DNA of 52,749 nt, from the sequence record SRR31156797_3954. One strand, 5' to 3'. The position numbers and the translations under genes are program-made. The notes beneath the pieces were generated by a model. The model did not search any database. It was not told the origin of the DNA and was given only the letters and a program-made list of their open reading frames with translations. The first letter of the stretch is position 1; every line of letters begins with the position of its first letter. This document shows positions 18,653 through 28,515 of this stretch, piece after piece.

Positions 18653-19240
18653 ATGAATTTAAAAAACTGGTTCAACAAATATAAAAAGCGCAAAAAAACT
18701 GCGATAATTTCAGATATAATTTTAGTAGCATTAATCATTGTAATGATAATTCCGTCATGGAGAAGAGAAGTTGGTGCACTCATGGTACGTGTTATCATGA
18801 CCTCACCTGATGTGGAAGAAACAATGATACAGCCATTGCCACAATCAGCACTTGCATTAACATTTGCATCACCTGATGGCCAAACATATCAGTTGATTAA
18901 CGTACTTGACAAGCCGATTTTATTAACTTACTGGGCAACCTGGTGCCATCACTGTGTAGCAGAGCTTCCTGCATTAGTTGAACTTCAGGAAAAAGCTGGT
19001 AATGATATGCATTTGCTTGTACTGGTAAATGAAAATTTAAATGAAGTGCAAGCATTTCTTGATCAAAAAGGAGTTAATCTGCCAATCTATAGACAAAAAA
19101 GCGCAGCGCAGGAAATGCTTTACAGCAAAAAAATTCCAGCGTCTTTTTTAATTGACCGTAATGGAAATTTAATACTAAAAGAAACCGGAGCCACAAAATG
19201 GAACTCCGGTGAATTTATTACTTTTATTAAATCGCTTTAA
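18653..19240 (+). CDS. TlpA-family thiol-disulfide oxidoreductase
   Basis: N-terminal TM anchor; WATWCHHC active site; IPASFLIDRNG. Confidence 0.9.
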   Translation: MNLKNWFNKYKKRKKTAIISDIILVALIIVMIIPSWRREVGALMVRVIMTSPDVEETMIQPLPQSALALTFASPDGQTYQLINVLDKPILLTYWATWCHHCVAELPALVELQEKAGNDMHLLVLVNENLNEVQAFLDQKGVNLPIYRQKSAAQEMLYSKKIPASFLIDRNGNLILKETGATKWNSGEFITFIKSL

Positions 19241-21076
19241 TTACTCAACAGTGACTGATTTTGCAAGGTTTCTTGGTTGATCCACATTACACTCACGCAA
19301 TACAGCAATGTGATATGATAGTAATTGCAATGGCACAACAGTAGTCAATGCAGAAAGCATTTCAGTACTATCAGGTACTTCCATTACATGGTCAGCCATA
19401 TTTCTAATTACTTCATCCCCCTCAGTAACTACGGCAATTACTTTACCGTTTCGAGCTTTTACTTCTTGTATATTACTTACAATCTTATCGTATGATTTAT
19501 CTTTTGTAGCAATCACAATCACAGGCATATTCTCATCAATTAATGCAATAGGCCCATGCTTCATTTCAGCAGCTGGATAACCCTCTGCATGGATATACGA
19601 AATTTCTTTTAGCTTAAGCGCACCTTCCAAAGCAACAGGGAATAGATATCCACGACCTAAATAAATTGCATTTGTAGCATTTTGATATATTTCAGCAATT
19701 TTCTTTATTGCTTCATTCTGTTGCAAAATCTTTTCTATTTTGGCTGGTACTTCTGTTAAATCATGGATTAGCTCGTTGTATTTATCCAATGAAAGCACAC
19801 CTCGCTTATTTCCAAGTACCATAGCCATCATAGCCAAAACTGTAACCTGTGCGGTAAAAGCTTTTGTTGAAGCCACACCAATTTCGGGTCCTGCATGAGT
19901 ATAAACACCGGCATCTGTTTCTCTTGGAATACTAGATCCCACTACATTACAAATACCTAACACTGTTGCACCAGCCTCTTTAGCCATTCGAATTGCAGCT
20001 AATGTATCAGCTGTTTCACCGCTTTGGCTAATGGCAATTACAAAATCATCCTTTCCAATCACGGGATTTCTGTAACGAAATTCTGATCCGTATTCAACCT
20101 CTACAGGAATACGAGCCAAATCTTCAATCATATACTCGCCCACTAAACCTGCATGCCATGATGTTCCACAACCTACAATTAAGATACGTTGTGCTTTTAC
20201 CAGATCATCAATTACTTTATATAAACCGCCAAGCACGATTTCGGTATTATCTTTGGCTACACGACCTCTGAAAGTATCTAGAATTGAGCGTGATTGCTCA
20301 AAAATTTCTTTCAACATAAAATGATCATAACCATTCTTGTCAATTTCACCAATATCCAAATCAAGCTCCTGAACAACGGGCTCCTGGCGTTCATCGTGAA
20401 TGGTTTTAAGAATCATTTGGTCTTTTTCAATCACAGCCAAATCATCATCATTCAAATATATCACACTATTTGTATGCTCTACAATTGGTGTAGCATCAGA
20501 AGCAAGAAAATATTCTCCTTTTCCAACACCAATTACAAGGGGACTTCCCTTACGTGCAGCAATTAATTTATCAGGCTCTTCTGTGCTAAAAACAACAAGA
20601 CCATAAGCGCCAATTACTTTCTTTAATGCATAGCGTACTGCCATTTCAACTGACATTTCACGCTCATTATAAATATAGGCTATCAGGTTTGCCAGCACCT
20701 CTGTATCAGTATCTGATGTGAATGTAAAACCATGCTCTTCCAATGATTTCTTTAGCTTTCCATAATTCTCTATGATACCATTATGGATTAATACAAACTT
20801 GCCATCCATTGAACGATGTGGATGCGCATTCGAATCATTCGGTTCACCGTGAGTGGCCCATCTGGTATGACCTATTCCAATAGTTCCTGATACATTTTGA
20901 TTGGAAATATGTTCTTCTAAATCAGCAACCTTCCCCTGCTTCTTGTAAACATTAATGCCTCCATTAAGCAAAGCTACTCCTGCAGAATCATATCCTCTGT
21001 ATTCCAATCTTTTAAGTCCATTGATTAGTATAGGGTATGCATCTTTGTTTCCAATATATCCTACAATTCCACACAT
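19241..21076 (-). CDS. glmS: Glutamine--fructose-6-phosphate aminotransferase
   Basis: MCGIVG, LEYRGYDSAG, GHTRWATHG, SQSGETADT, PRNLAKSVTVE. Confidence 0.99.
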   Translation of the reverse strand: MCGIVGYIGNKDAYPILINGLKRLEYRGYDSAGVALLNGGINVYKKQGKVADLEEHISNQNVSGTIGIGHTRWATHGEPNDSNAHPHRSMDGKFVLIHNGIIENYGKLKKSLEEHGFTFTSDTDTEVLANLIAYIYNEREMSVEMAVRYALKKVIGAYGLVVFSTEEPDKLIAARKGSPLVIGVGKGEYFLASDATPIVEHTNSVIYLNDDDLAVIEKDQMILKTIHDERQEPVVQELDLDIGEIDKNGYDHFMLKEIFEQSRSILDTFRGRVAKDNTEIVLGGLYKVIDDLVKAQRILIVGCGTSWHAGLVGEYMIEDLARIPVEVEYGSEFRYRNPVIGKDDFVIAISQSGETADTLAAIRMAKEAGATVLGICNVVGSSIPRETDAGVYTHAGPEIGVASTKAFTAQVTVLAMMAMVLGNKRGVLSLDKYNELIHDLTEVPAKIEKILQQNEAIKKIAEIYQNATNAIYLGRGYLFPVALEGALKLKEISYIHAEGYPAAEMKHGPIALIDENMPVIVIATKDKSYDKIVSNIQEVKARNGKVIAVVTEGDEVIRNMADHVMEVPDSTEMLSALTTVVPLQLLSYHIAVLRECNVDQPRNLAKSVTVE

Positions 21077-21082
21077 ATTCTT

Positions 21083-22441
21083 TTAGTTATTCGTTCTTTT
21101 TGAATAGGTAATATAAATTTTAGGCCTAAGCGAATCAACCGGGTGATTACTTCCGGCAATTACTGCTCTATTTGCAGTAATGGTTTGCTGAAGAGGAGTA
21201 ATCCACAGAGTATAGCTATTTGAGCTCGATGATGGATCATCTACTTTTTTATGCGTAAATGCACTCAATAAAATCTCATATCCAGAACTGTCACTACTAT
21301 TCCAGCCTTGTGCTTGTGACACATCATAAGCTGAAATAAAATAATCATCAATCGGATCAGTACCATCATCTGTTATTTCTAATATACTAATTGCACTAGG
21401 TGGCCTGTATATTAGGGTATCCTCATTAGGCACATCAAAATCAATTGTATGAAGTTTTAAATACGCTCTGTTTATTACGATTTCATCCTCTGTTTCAAAA
21501 AACTCTGTGCCTGCCATATCTACGGCAACTTTCAAGTTTATGCCCCGCATTGTCTGCAAAAATGCCAATTCATCATTCTCATTAAACTGCGGTACATCAG
21601 TACTAGTCATATACTGGCTAATTGTTCCTGTTGTATAATCATGTTCAAAGAAATTAAATCGCTTTGTAGGAAGGCTATTATCAGAGTCAGAGATATAATA
21701 GTTAAATGCTAGATCATCCTCTTCATCACTATGAAACTTTAAGTAAAGTCTCGAATCTGTATCTGCAAAATTAAATGAAACAACACCTCCATCTGAACCA
21801 CCTTGGCGCTCTGCTTTAATTACGAAACCATAGAAATAATCCATAAATAGGGAATCACTAGATAGTTTATCCCAATTTGTTAATAATTCATCTCCAAGTT
21901 CAACAGGTAATAAAAACTCTAAAAACTGAACTGAAGCGGAAGTATCTTCTATCTTAAATTCACTTGTAGCCAATGGCGTTGGATCATAATACTGGTTTAT
22001 ATCAATACTACTTATAGGCTCGCCATCAATTTGGCCTAAAGAATCTGTAACTCTGTGAATAGTAAAAGTTATCGGATTTATAGTATCATATCCATAAAAT
22101 GAACCTGAGTATTGCATATACATTATTAAAGTATCAGCATAATAAACTGTAGTATCGTCTTCAATATTACTCTGTGGAACCAAATTGAAGGCTGTAAACG
22201 CTTTATGATCCCCAAAAATATGATCGTGATAATCCCCAATTAATGATATTGACGCACCACTTTTTACTGAGGAAGTATCCTCATATGCTGTTGACAAAGT
22301 AGTTACATTCAAAACTGTATCAAAATAAAGGTCTAGCTGTCCATCCAAAAAGTTTTCACCTAAAACACTTTCATCATCTTTACACGAAAAGAAAGCTAAT
22401 GTTAAAAACATTAGCATCATTCCCCACTTCAAAAATTTCAT
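21083..22441 (-). CDS. DUF4270-family lipoprotein
   Basis: Lipobox FFSC-KDDES; G.YHDHIFG, FMDYFYGF and PKIYITYS motifs; typical position between glgA-like gene and glmS. Confidence 0.8.
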   Translation of the reverse strand: MKFLKWGMMLMFLTLAFFSCKDDESVLGENFLDGQLDLYFDTVLNVTTLSTAYEDTSSVKSGASISLIGDYHDHIFGDHKAFTAFNLVPQSNIEDDTTVYYADTLIMYMQYSGSFYGYDTINPITFTIHRVTDSLGQIDGEPISSIDINQYYDPTPLATSEFKIEDTSASVQFLEFLLPVELGDELLTNWDKLSSDSLFMDYFYGFVIKAERQGGSDGGVVSFNFADTDSRLYLKFHSDEEDDLAFNYYISDSDNSLPTKRFNFFEHDYTTGTISQYMTSTDVPQFNENDELAFLQTMRGINLKVAVDMAGTEFFETEDEIVINRAYLKLHTIDFDVPNEDTLIYRPPSAISILEITDDGTDPIDDYFISAYDVSQAQGWNSSDSSGYEILLSAFTHKKVDDPSSSSNSYTLWITPLQQTITANRAVIAGSNHPVDSLRPKIYITYSKRTNN

Positions 22442-22456
22442 ATAACGTATTTCAAT

Positions 22457-23269
22457 TTAATCGTTTAATAATTCATCATAAAATGCATCATAGGCATCCA
22501 CATAATTTTCGTCGCCCTGATAATTTAGCATTTTAACGTTTTTATCGTTGGCATATTTTACCACATCACTATTTATTTGCTCACTTCCTTCAACAATGGC
22601 ATCTGATTTATCAATCGCCATTTTCATTAGGTTCGCAAAACTAGGATCTTTCTCTACATGAGATATATCTGCTTTATCAAATCCTTCCTCCATTAATTTT
22701 TTATGGAAATTACCATTAAAAGATGGTGAGAAGTCATCATCATACAAAGAATAAGTAATTTTTGCATCAGCAAATAAAGGGTTGTCTTTGTATATCTGCT
22801 TAACATATAGCGGAACAAGGCTTGTGATCCAACCATGACAATGAATAATATCAGGAGCCCAACGTAATTTTTTTACTGTTTCCAGCACTCCACGAGCAAA
22901 AAATATTGCTCTCTCATCATTATCTTCAAAATACTTGCCGTCTTTATCTGTTAAAACAGCCTTTCTTTGAAAATACTCCTCATTATCAATAAAATAAACT
23001 TGCATGCGAGCAGCTTGTATAGAAGCTACTTTAATAATTAAAGGATGATCAGTATCATCAATAATTAAATTCATCCCTGAAAGGCGAATCACTTCATGAA
23101 GTTGATTTCTTCTTTCATTAATTTTGCCGTAACGAGGCATAAACGTTCTAATTTCCTTTCCCTTCTCCTGTATGCCCTGAGGAAGAAATCTAGCTATTTT
23201 AGACATGTGATTTTCAGGCAAATAAGGAGTAATTTCTTGTGCAATGTACAAAACCTTTGCTTTTTCCAT
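22457..23269 (-). CDS. Glycogen/starch synthase-like protein (GT5 N-terminal domain only)
   Basis: RTFMPRYG, DNDERAIFF, PDIIHCHGW; 270 aa with no C-terminal domain. Confidence 0.85.
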   Translation of the reverse strand: MEKAKVLYIAQEITPYLPENHMSKIARFLPQGIQEKGKEIRTFMPRYGKINERRNQLHEVIRLSGMNLIIDDTDHPLIIKVASIQAARMQVYFIDNEEYFQRKAVLTDKDGKYFEDNDERAIFFARGVLETVKKLRWAPDIIHCHGWITSLVPLYVKQIYKDNPLFADAKITYSLYDDDFSPSFNGNFHKKLMEEGFDKADISHVEKDPSFANLMKMAIDKSDAIVEGSEQINSDVVKYANDKNVKMLNYQGDENYVDAYDAFYDELLND

Positions 23270-23303
23270 CTTTTAATCAGGTATTAGTTGCGTATAAGTT
23301 TTG

Positions 23304-23311
23304 CAAAATTA
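23304..23311 (-). promoter_or_regulatory. -7 box of glgA-like/DUF4270/glmS operon
   Basis: Reverse complement reads TAATTTTG. Confidence 0.55.
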
Positions 23312-23487
23312 ATAAATATTTCAACACAAATGCAATCTTTAACATTTGAATAAACGCTTTGAGGATGAACATTTTGCTATTATCACAAAAGCACTGATGA
23401 ATTATTGATAACAATCCTGAAATGAATATTCCTCCATTTTGGTGAATTATCAGGAGCAAAATGACTAGTTAGTTCATTTAATTGATT

Positions 23488-23495
23488 TAAATTTG
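23488..23495 (+). promoter_or_regulatory. -7 box of panC
   Basis: TAAATTTG ~40 nt upstream of ATG 23535. Confidence 0.55.
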
Positions 23496-23534
23496 TCACC
23501 TATTTGTATTTAAACCACAGGATTAACAGACAGT

Positions 23535-24380
23535 ATGGAAAAAATTACTACTATCAATGATTTAAAGAAAACAATTGATAAATATAAATCTGAAAATAAA
23601 AAAGTTGGTTTCGTACCGACAATGGGAGCCCTACATAATGGACATTTATCATTAATTATAGAAGCCAAAAAACATTCCGATATTATTGTAGCTAGTGTAT
23701 TTGTAAACCCTACCCAATTTAATGACGCTAAAGATTTTGACAAATACCCCAGAACCCTAGAAACAGATATGAAAATGCTTCATGGGGTTGGAACTGATAT
23801 CGTATTTGCCCCAAATAAAGAGGAGATGTATCCTGAAAAAGACACCAGAGTTTTTGATTTCGGTGAACTGGAATCTGTAATGGAAGGAAAACACCGTCCG
23901 GGACATTTTAATGGAGTAGCCCAAATTGTGAGTAAATTATTTGATGCAGTTAATCCTGATGTGGCAGTTTTTGGCGAAAAAGATTTTCAGCAATTAGCTA
24001 TTATCCGTGCACTGGTTGAGCAAGAAAACTACCCAATTGAAATCATTGGTGCCCCAATAATACGAGAAGTAGATGGTTTAGCAATGAGTTCAAGAAACCA
24101 AAGGCTGAGTGAAACAGAAAGAAAAGATGCAGGACATATCAATTTAGTTCTAAAGGAGTCAATTTCATTGGCACAGGAAAAATCAATTTCAGAATTAGAA
24201 CATTGGGTAATAAATTCCGTAAACACAAAAGGGACCTTAAACGTTGAATACTTTGAAGTAGTTAATGCTAAAACACTGCAAAAGATAACATCATGGCAGG
24301 AAAATTGCGATAAAATTGGATGCATCGCAGTTTTTTGTGGCGAAGTACGTTTGATTGATAATATCAAATATTCATTGTAA
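23535..24380 (+). CDS. panC: Pantoate--beta-alanine ligase
   Basis: FVPTMGALHNGH, FVNPTQF, RPGHFNGV, FGEKDFQQ, GLAMSSRN, RLIDN. Confidence 0.98.
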   Translation: MEKITTINDLKKTIDKYKSENKKVGFVPTMGALHNGHLSLIIEAKKHSDIIVASVFVNPTQFNDAKDFDKYPRTLETDMKMLHGVGTDIVFAPNKEEMYPEKDTRVFDFGELESVMEGKHRPGHFNGVAQIVSKLFDAVNPDVAVFGEKDFQQLAIIRALVEQENYPIEIIGAPIIREVDGLAMSSRNQRLSETERKDAGHINLVLKESISLAQEKSISELEHWVINSVNTKGTLNVEYFEVVNAKTLQKITSWQENCDKIGCIAVFCGEVRLIDNIKYSL

Positions 24381-24407
24381 ATTTGCACCGACTAAACAAG
24401 GAAAAAA

Positions 24408-24761
24408 ATGTTGATTGAGGTAGTAAAATCTAAATTACACAAAATAACAGTAACTGAAGCTAATCTTCAGTATGTTGGAAGTATAACCATTGATGAAGAT
24501 TTAATGGACGCAGCCAATATCATTGAAAATGAAAAAGTACAGGTTGTAAACATCAACAATGGTGAAAGATTAGACACTTATGTTATCAAGGGAGAAAGAG
24601 GTTCAGGAACTGTTTGTTTAAATGGTCCTGCAGCTAGGAAAGTTCAGGTTGGTGATGTGATAATTGTAATATCATATGCGCAGTTAGATTTTGAAGAAGC
24701 TAAAACATTTAAACCAACTTTTGTTTTCCCGGATGTAGAAACAAACACAGTTGTAAAATAA
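24408..24761 (+). CDS. panD: Aspartate 1-decarboxylase
   Basis: [13 protein letters not shown] (G-S self-cleavage site), [15 protein letters not shown]; own TAAATTTG box at 24378-24385. Confidence 0.98.
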   Translation: MLIEVVKSKLHKITVTEANLQYVGSITIDEDLMDAANIIENEKVQVVNINNGERLDTYVIKGERGSGTVCLNGPAARKVQVGDVIIVISYAQLDFEEAKTFKPTFVFPDVETNTVVK

Positions 24762-24767
24762 GATATT

Positions 24768-25790
24768 TTGAAAAAAATTATCATTAATGCCATTAAGTTC
24801 CTGGTCTTCATAAGTCTGGGAATTTTTATTTTTTGGAAAGTTTATGAAGGGCAGGATGTAGATCAAATCATAACTGCCATGCAAAAAGTAGATTTCACAT
24901 GGGTTTACGTAAGCATTTTTATTGGTCTATTAAGTCATATAGCCAGATCAGCTCGCTGGGTGTTATTGGCAAAATCATTAGGTTACAAACCAAGTCAAGT
25001 AAACTCCTTTTTTGCAGTAATGATCACGTATTTTGCTAATCTGGCATTTCCCAGACTTGGTGAAGTAACACGACCAGCTGTATTGAAACGCTACGAGAAA
25101 ATCCCCCTTTCCACAGCATTAGGGACAATCATAACAGAAAGAATCATAGATGTTATTATTTTACTAAGCATAACTTTTATTGGTGTAATATTACAATTTA
25201 ATGTTTTTGACCAATTTTTAACTCAAAACCCATCAGTATCAAATAATCTGCAAAAGCTTCTGGATTCTGGTTGGATTATTGGAGGTCTTTTCTTTTTGGG
25301 TCTATTATTTACTTTTTCGTTTTTCCTTTTCAGAAAAAGATTTAATCACATTAAAATAGTAAAAAAGCTAAATGAAAAAGTTGACACTTTAAAAGATGGC
25401 CTTCTCAGTGTAAGAAAAGTGGAGAACAAATTTCTTTTTATCATTTATAGCATATTGATTTGGATTTTTTATTACCTAATGATTTATGTGTGCTTTTACA
25501 GCTTTGACTTTACAAATTCTTTTGGATTAGTTGAAGCACTTGCATTATTTGTATTAGGTAGTTATGGTATGGTTGCTCCTGTTCAGGGAGGAATTGGAGC
25601 CTACCACTTCATGATTATTTCCGGATTGATGATTTATGGTATTTCTGAACCGGACGCCGGCTTGTTTGCGCTTATTGTTTGGAGTGCTCAAACACTTATG
25701 ATTATTGGGCTAGGGTCATTATCTTATATATCTTTACCGTTTTACAATAAATACTTCAAAAATGACACAACTGGAGATCATTCAGAATAA
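24768..25790 (+). CDS. Lysylphosphatidylglycerol synthase TM-region (flippase-like) membrane protein
   Basis: TTG start; RSARW, PRLGEVTR, TERIID and PVQGGIGAYH motifs; multiple TM helices. Confidence 0.85.
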   Translation: MKKIIINAIKFLVFISLGIFIFWKVYEGQDVDQIITAMQKVDFTWVYVSIFIGLLSHIARSARWVLLAKSLGYKPSQVNSFFAVMITYFANLAFPRLGEVTRPAVLKRYEKIPLSTALGTIITERIIDVIILLSITFIGVILQFNVFDQFLTQNPSVSNNLQKLLDSGWIIGGLFFLGLLFTFSFFLFRKRFNHIKIVKKLNEKVDTLKDGLLSVRKVENKFLFIIYSILIWIFYYLMIYVCFYSFDFTNSFGLVEALALFVLGSYGMVAPVQGGIGAYHFMIISGLMIYGISEPDAGLFALIVWSAQTLMIIGLGSLSYISLPFYNKYFKNDTTGDHSE

Positions 25791-26253
25791 GATTCATACT
25801 AAAGAAAGCATTCAAGCGCTTTTAAGTATTTGGAGATTTAAAGAACAAAAAATTGTTTTCTCGAATGGTTGCTTTGACATCATTCATAAAGGACATATTG
25901 AATACCTGGCAAAAGCATCAGATCTGGGTCAAAAAATGGTGATTGGTCTCAACACTGACAATTCAGTTAGAAACCTCAAAGGTGAATCGAGACCCTTGCA
26001 AGATGAGTCATCCAGATTAACTATGCTAGCTTCATTGCGCTTTGTAGATGCAGTAATTCTTTTTGATGAGCCTACGCCATATGAATTAATAAAAGCAGTT
26101 CAACCGGATTATTTAGTTAAAGGCAAAGATTACAAAGCAGAAGATGTGGTTGGATATGATATTGTAACAGCACGTGGTGGTAATGTTGTGACAATTGATT
26201 TAACACCTGGTTATAGCACTACTTCCATTATTGAAAAGATAATTAATCAATAG
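25762..26253 (+). CDS. rfaE2: D-glycero-beta-D-manno-heptose 1-phosphate adenylyltransferase-like cytidylyltransferase
   Basis: NGCFDIIHKGH, GLNTDNSV...KGESRP, KGKDY, YSTTSII. Confidence 0.9.
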   Translation: MTQLEIIQNKIHTKESIQALLSIWRFKEQKIVFSNGCFDIIHKGHIEYLAKASDLGQKMVIGLNTDNSVRNLKGESRPLQDESSRLTMLASLRFVDAVILFDEPTPYELIKAVQPDYLVKGKDYKAEDVVGYDIVTARGGNVVTIDLTPGYSTTSIIEKIINQ

Positions 26254-26335
26254 TAGTAATTTATTAATCAAAAAAGTAGGTGGTAATGATCTAAATTTCT
26301 TAATTTTACCTCCTAATTTGTTCAAAAGTATTACC

Positions 26336-26773
26336 ATGAGAAAAATATTGCCAATTCTAATCGTTCTCTTACTTGTCTTTTCAGGATGTTTGAAAAGAAA
26401 AGAATCATTTTTGGTTGGTAGATGGGAAGATATACCTAGAAATGCAGAACCAGCTGTTTTAAATGTATGGGCTTTCAAAGACAATAACACTTTTGTAATT
26501 GAAGTCTTTCCTTATGAAGAAGATGGCAGTATTGGGGAATTAGACAGAACTATAACTGGTGAATACACACTAAAGAAGAAAAATGTATCTGAATTTAGAC
26601 TAACCATTGATATACCAAACGAAAATAATAACTACATCGCTCATGGTAATCCCATGAGAATTAGTGGTGAATACTGGATTGATGAACTTGACAGAGATAT
26701 GCTAAAAATGACAAGGGAAAAGCATGATGAACCAGGTACTCCTTTTCTCAGACTTGAAATGATCAGACTATAA
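26336..26773 (+). CDS. Hypothetical lipoprotein (lipocalin-like beta fold)
   Basis: Start moved to ATG 26336; lipobox FSGC; LVGRW motif. Confidence 0.7.
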   Translation: MRKILPILIVLLLVFSGCLKRKESFLVGRWEDIPRNAEPAVLNVWAFKDNNTFVIEVFPYEEDGSIGELDRTITGEYTLKKKNVSEFRLTIDIPNENNNYIAHGNPMRISGEYWIDELDRDMLKMTREKHDEPGTPFLRLEMIRL

Positions 26774-26774
26774 G

Positions 26775-28109
26775 TTGGCCAAATCCAAAACACAATACAT
26801 TTGTCAATCTTGTGGAGCCAGTTCTCCTAAATGGCTGGGAAAATGTCCACAATGCGATGCATGGAACAGCATGGAAGAAACCATTGTTTCTGCACCATCC
26901 AAATCAGGCACTAAATCCAGAAACGTTAGCATACCTGATGACACCCAAAAGCTTTTCAAACTCAAGGATGTAAAACCTGAAAAACACAAACGCATTTCCT
27001 CAGAGATTGATGAATTAAATCGTGTGTTAGGTGGCGGCATGATGCCAGGTTCTGTAATTCTTATTGGAGGAGAACCAGGAATTGGTAAATCAACCTTACT
27101 TTTGCAAGTAACCATAAAAAATCCCGATAAAAAGATTATTTATGTAGCAGGCGAAGAAAGTGCAGCTCAAATTAAAGACCGCGCAGATCGCCTCGGTACA
27201 ATCTCCGATAATTGTCAAATAAGTACAGAACTTACTGTTGAACATCTAAACGAACAACTTAAAAAAGAGCGCCCTGACTTAATCATAGTTGATTCAATAC
27301 AAACATTACAAAGTCAAAATCTGGAGTCTATACCAGGAACAATCAGCCAAATTAGAGAATCTGCTTATCAGCTGATTAATATGGCCAAATACTTAAACGT
27401 ACCTCTTTTCCTGGTTGGTCATATTACAAAATCCGGGAACATTGCGGGACCAAAAGTATTGGAGCACATGGTTGATACTGTTTTACAATTTGAAGGAGAA
27501 CATACAGGTCAACTTCGCCTTTTGAGAACTACTAAAAACAGATTTGGAAGCACCGCAGAAATTGGGCTTTTTGAAATGCAACAAAATGGGTTAAGAGAAG
27601 TTTCAAATCCCTCAGAGCTCCTGACTCGTAATAATGAGGAACAACTTACCGGAACTGCTGTGGCCATTATTAACGAAGGTATTCGCCCGTTAATGGTTGA
27701 GGTACAAGCCCTTGTAAGCCCTGCCACTTATGGAACTCCACAACGTACAGCAACCGGTTATGATCAAAAAAGATTAAATATGCTATTGGCCGTTTTAGAA
27801 AAAAAAGCAGGTCTCAAATTAAGCACTCGTGATGTTTTTGTAAATATCGCAGGTGGCCTTAAAGCAGCCGATACAGCAATTGATTTAGCAATGGCTGCAG
27901 CTATAATTTCTTCTTATCTTGATATAGAATTACCCAAAAACAGTTGTTTTACTGGGGAAATTGGTCTAGCCGGTGAAATAAGAACCGTAAGCCAATTAGA
28001 TCATAGATTATCTGAAGCCAAAAGATTAGGATACCAAAAGATCTATTCTAAAAACAAAGGTACTACTATTAACAATGTAAAAGAATTAGTTAAAACTATT
28101 GGTAGTTAA
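26775..28109 (+). CDS. radA: DNA repair protein RadA/Sms
   Basis: TTG start; CQSC...CPQC Zn finger, GGEPGIGKST, KNRFG, Lon-like C-terminal domain. Confidence 0.97.
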   Translation: MAKSKTQYICQSCGASSPKWLGKCPQCDAWNSMEETIVSAPSKSGTKSRNVSIPDDTQKLFKLKDVKPEKHKRISSEIDELNRVLGGGMMPGSVILIGGEPGIGKSTLLLQVTIKNPDKKIIYVAGEESAAQIKDRADRLGTISDNCQISTELTVEHLNEQLKKERPDLIIVDSIQTLQSQNLESIPGTISQIRESAYQLINMAKYLNVPLFLVGHITKSGNIAGPKVLEHMVDTVLQFEGEHTGQLRLLRTTKNRFGSTAEIGLFEMQQNGLREVSNPSELLTRNNEEQLTGTAVAIINEGIRPLMVEVQALVSPATYGTPQRTATGYDQKRLNMLLAVLEKKAGLKLSTRDVFVNIAGGLKAADTAIDLAMAAAIISSYLDIELPKNSCFTGEIGLAGEIRTVSQLDHRLSEAKRLGYQKIYSKNKGTTINNVKELVKTIGS

Positions 28110-28362
28110 CCTAAAATATACTCTTAATAATCTCTTGCTTGTCCTATTACCCCATTCTTAAAACCTCTAATAATAACAATGTAGGTAAAAATACGTAGTG
28201 ATCAAGAAAATAAATTCTCTCGTCAAATTACACTACTAATTTTGAAAAAAAAACACAGAACCTAAATTAATCAAAGCAAGAGGAATAAAGGTGTCGAATC
28301 TTTATGTTAAAAAAATCCGGAAAAACGAAAACTTCATTCGTCTTTTATAATCCAACATGAAG

Positions 28363-28393
28363 TTTGTTATCACATAAAAATAAAGTACTTTTA
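28363..28393 (+). promoter_or_regulatory. Putative -33/-7 promoter of the giant T9SS gene
   Basis: TTTG (28363-28366), 19-nt spacer, TACTTTTA (28386-28393; one mismatch to TAnnTTTG). Confidence 0.45.
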
Positions 28394-28515
28394 CACTCCT
28401 TTTACATGTCACTTATAAAAAAACAGGCAAATACACGTGTTGTGAAAGCAAAATCAGGTTCTAACAACTATTTATTTCTTTTGGAAACTCTTGTAGAGAC
28501 TAAACTTTTCAAAAA

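Noticed and set aside
23277-23459. 60-aa minus-strand ORF in the glgA-like/panC spacer
   Set aside because: Spans the predicted promoter of the glgA-like operon and has no recognisable features.
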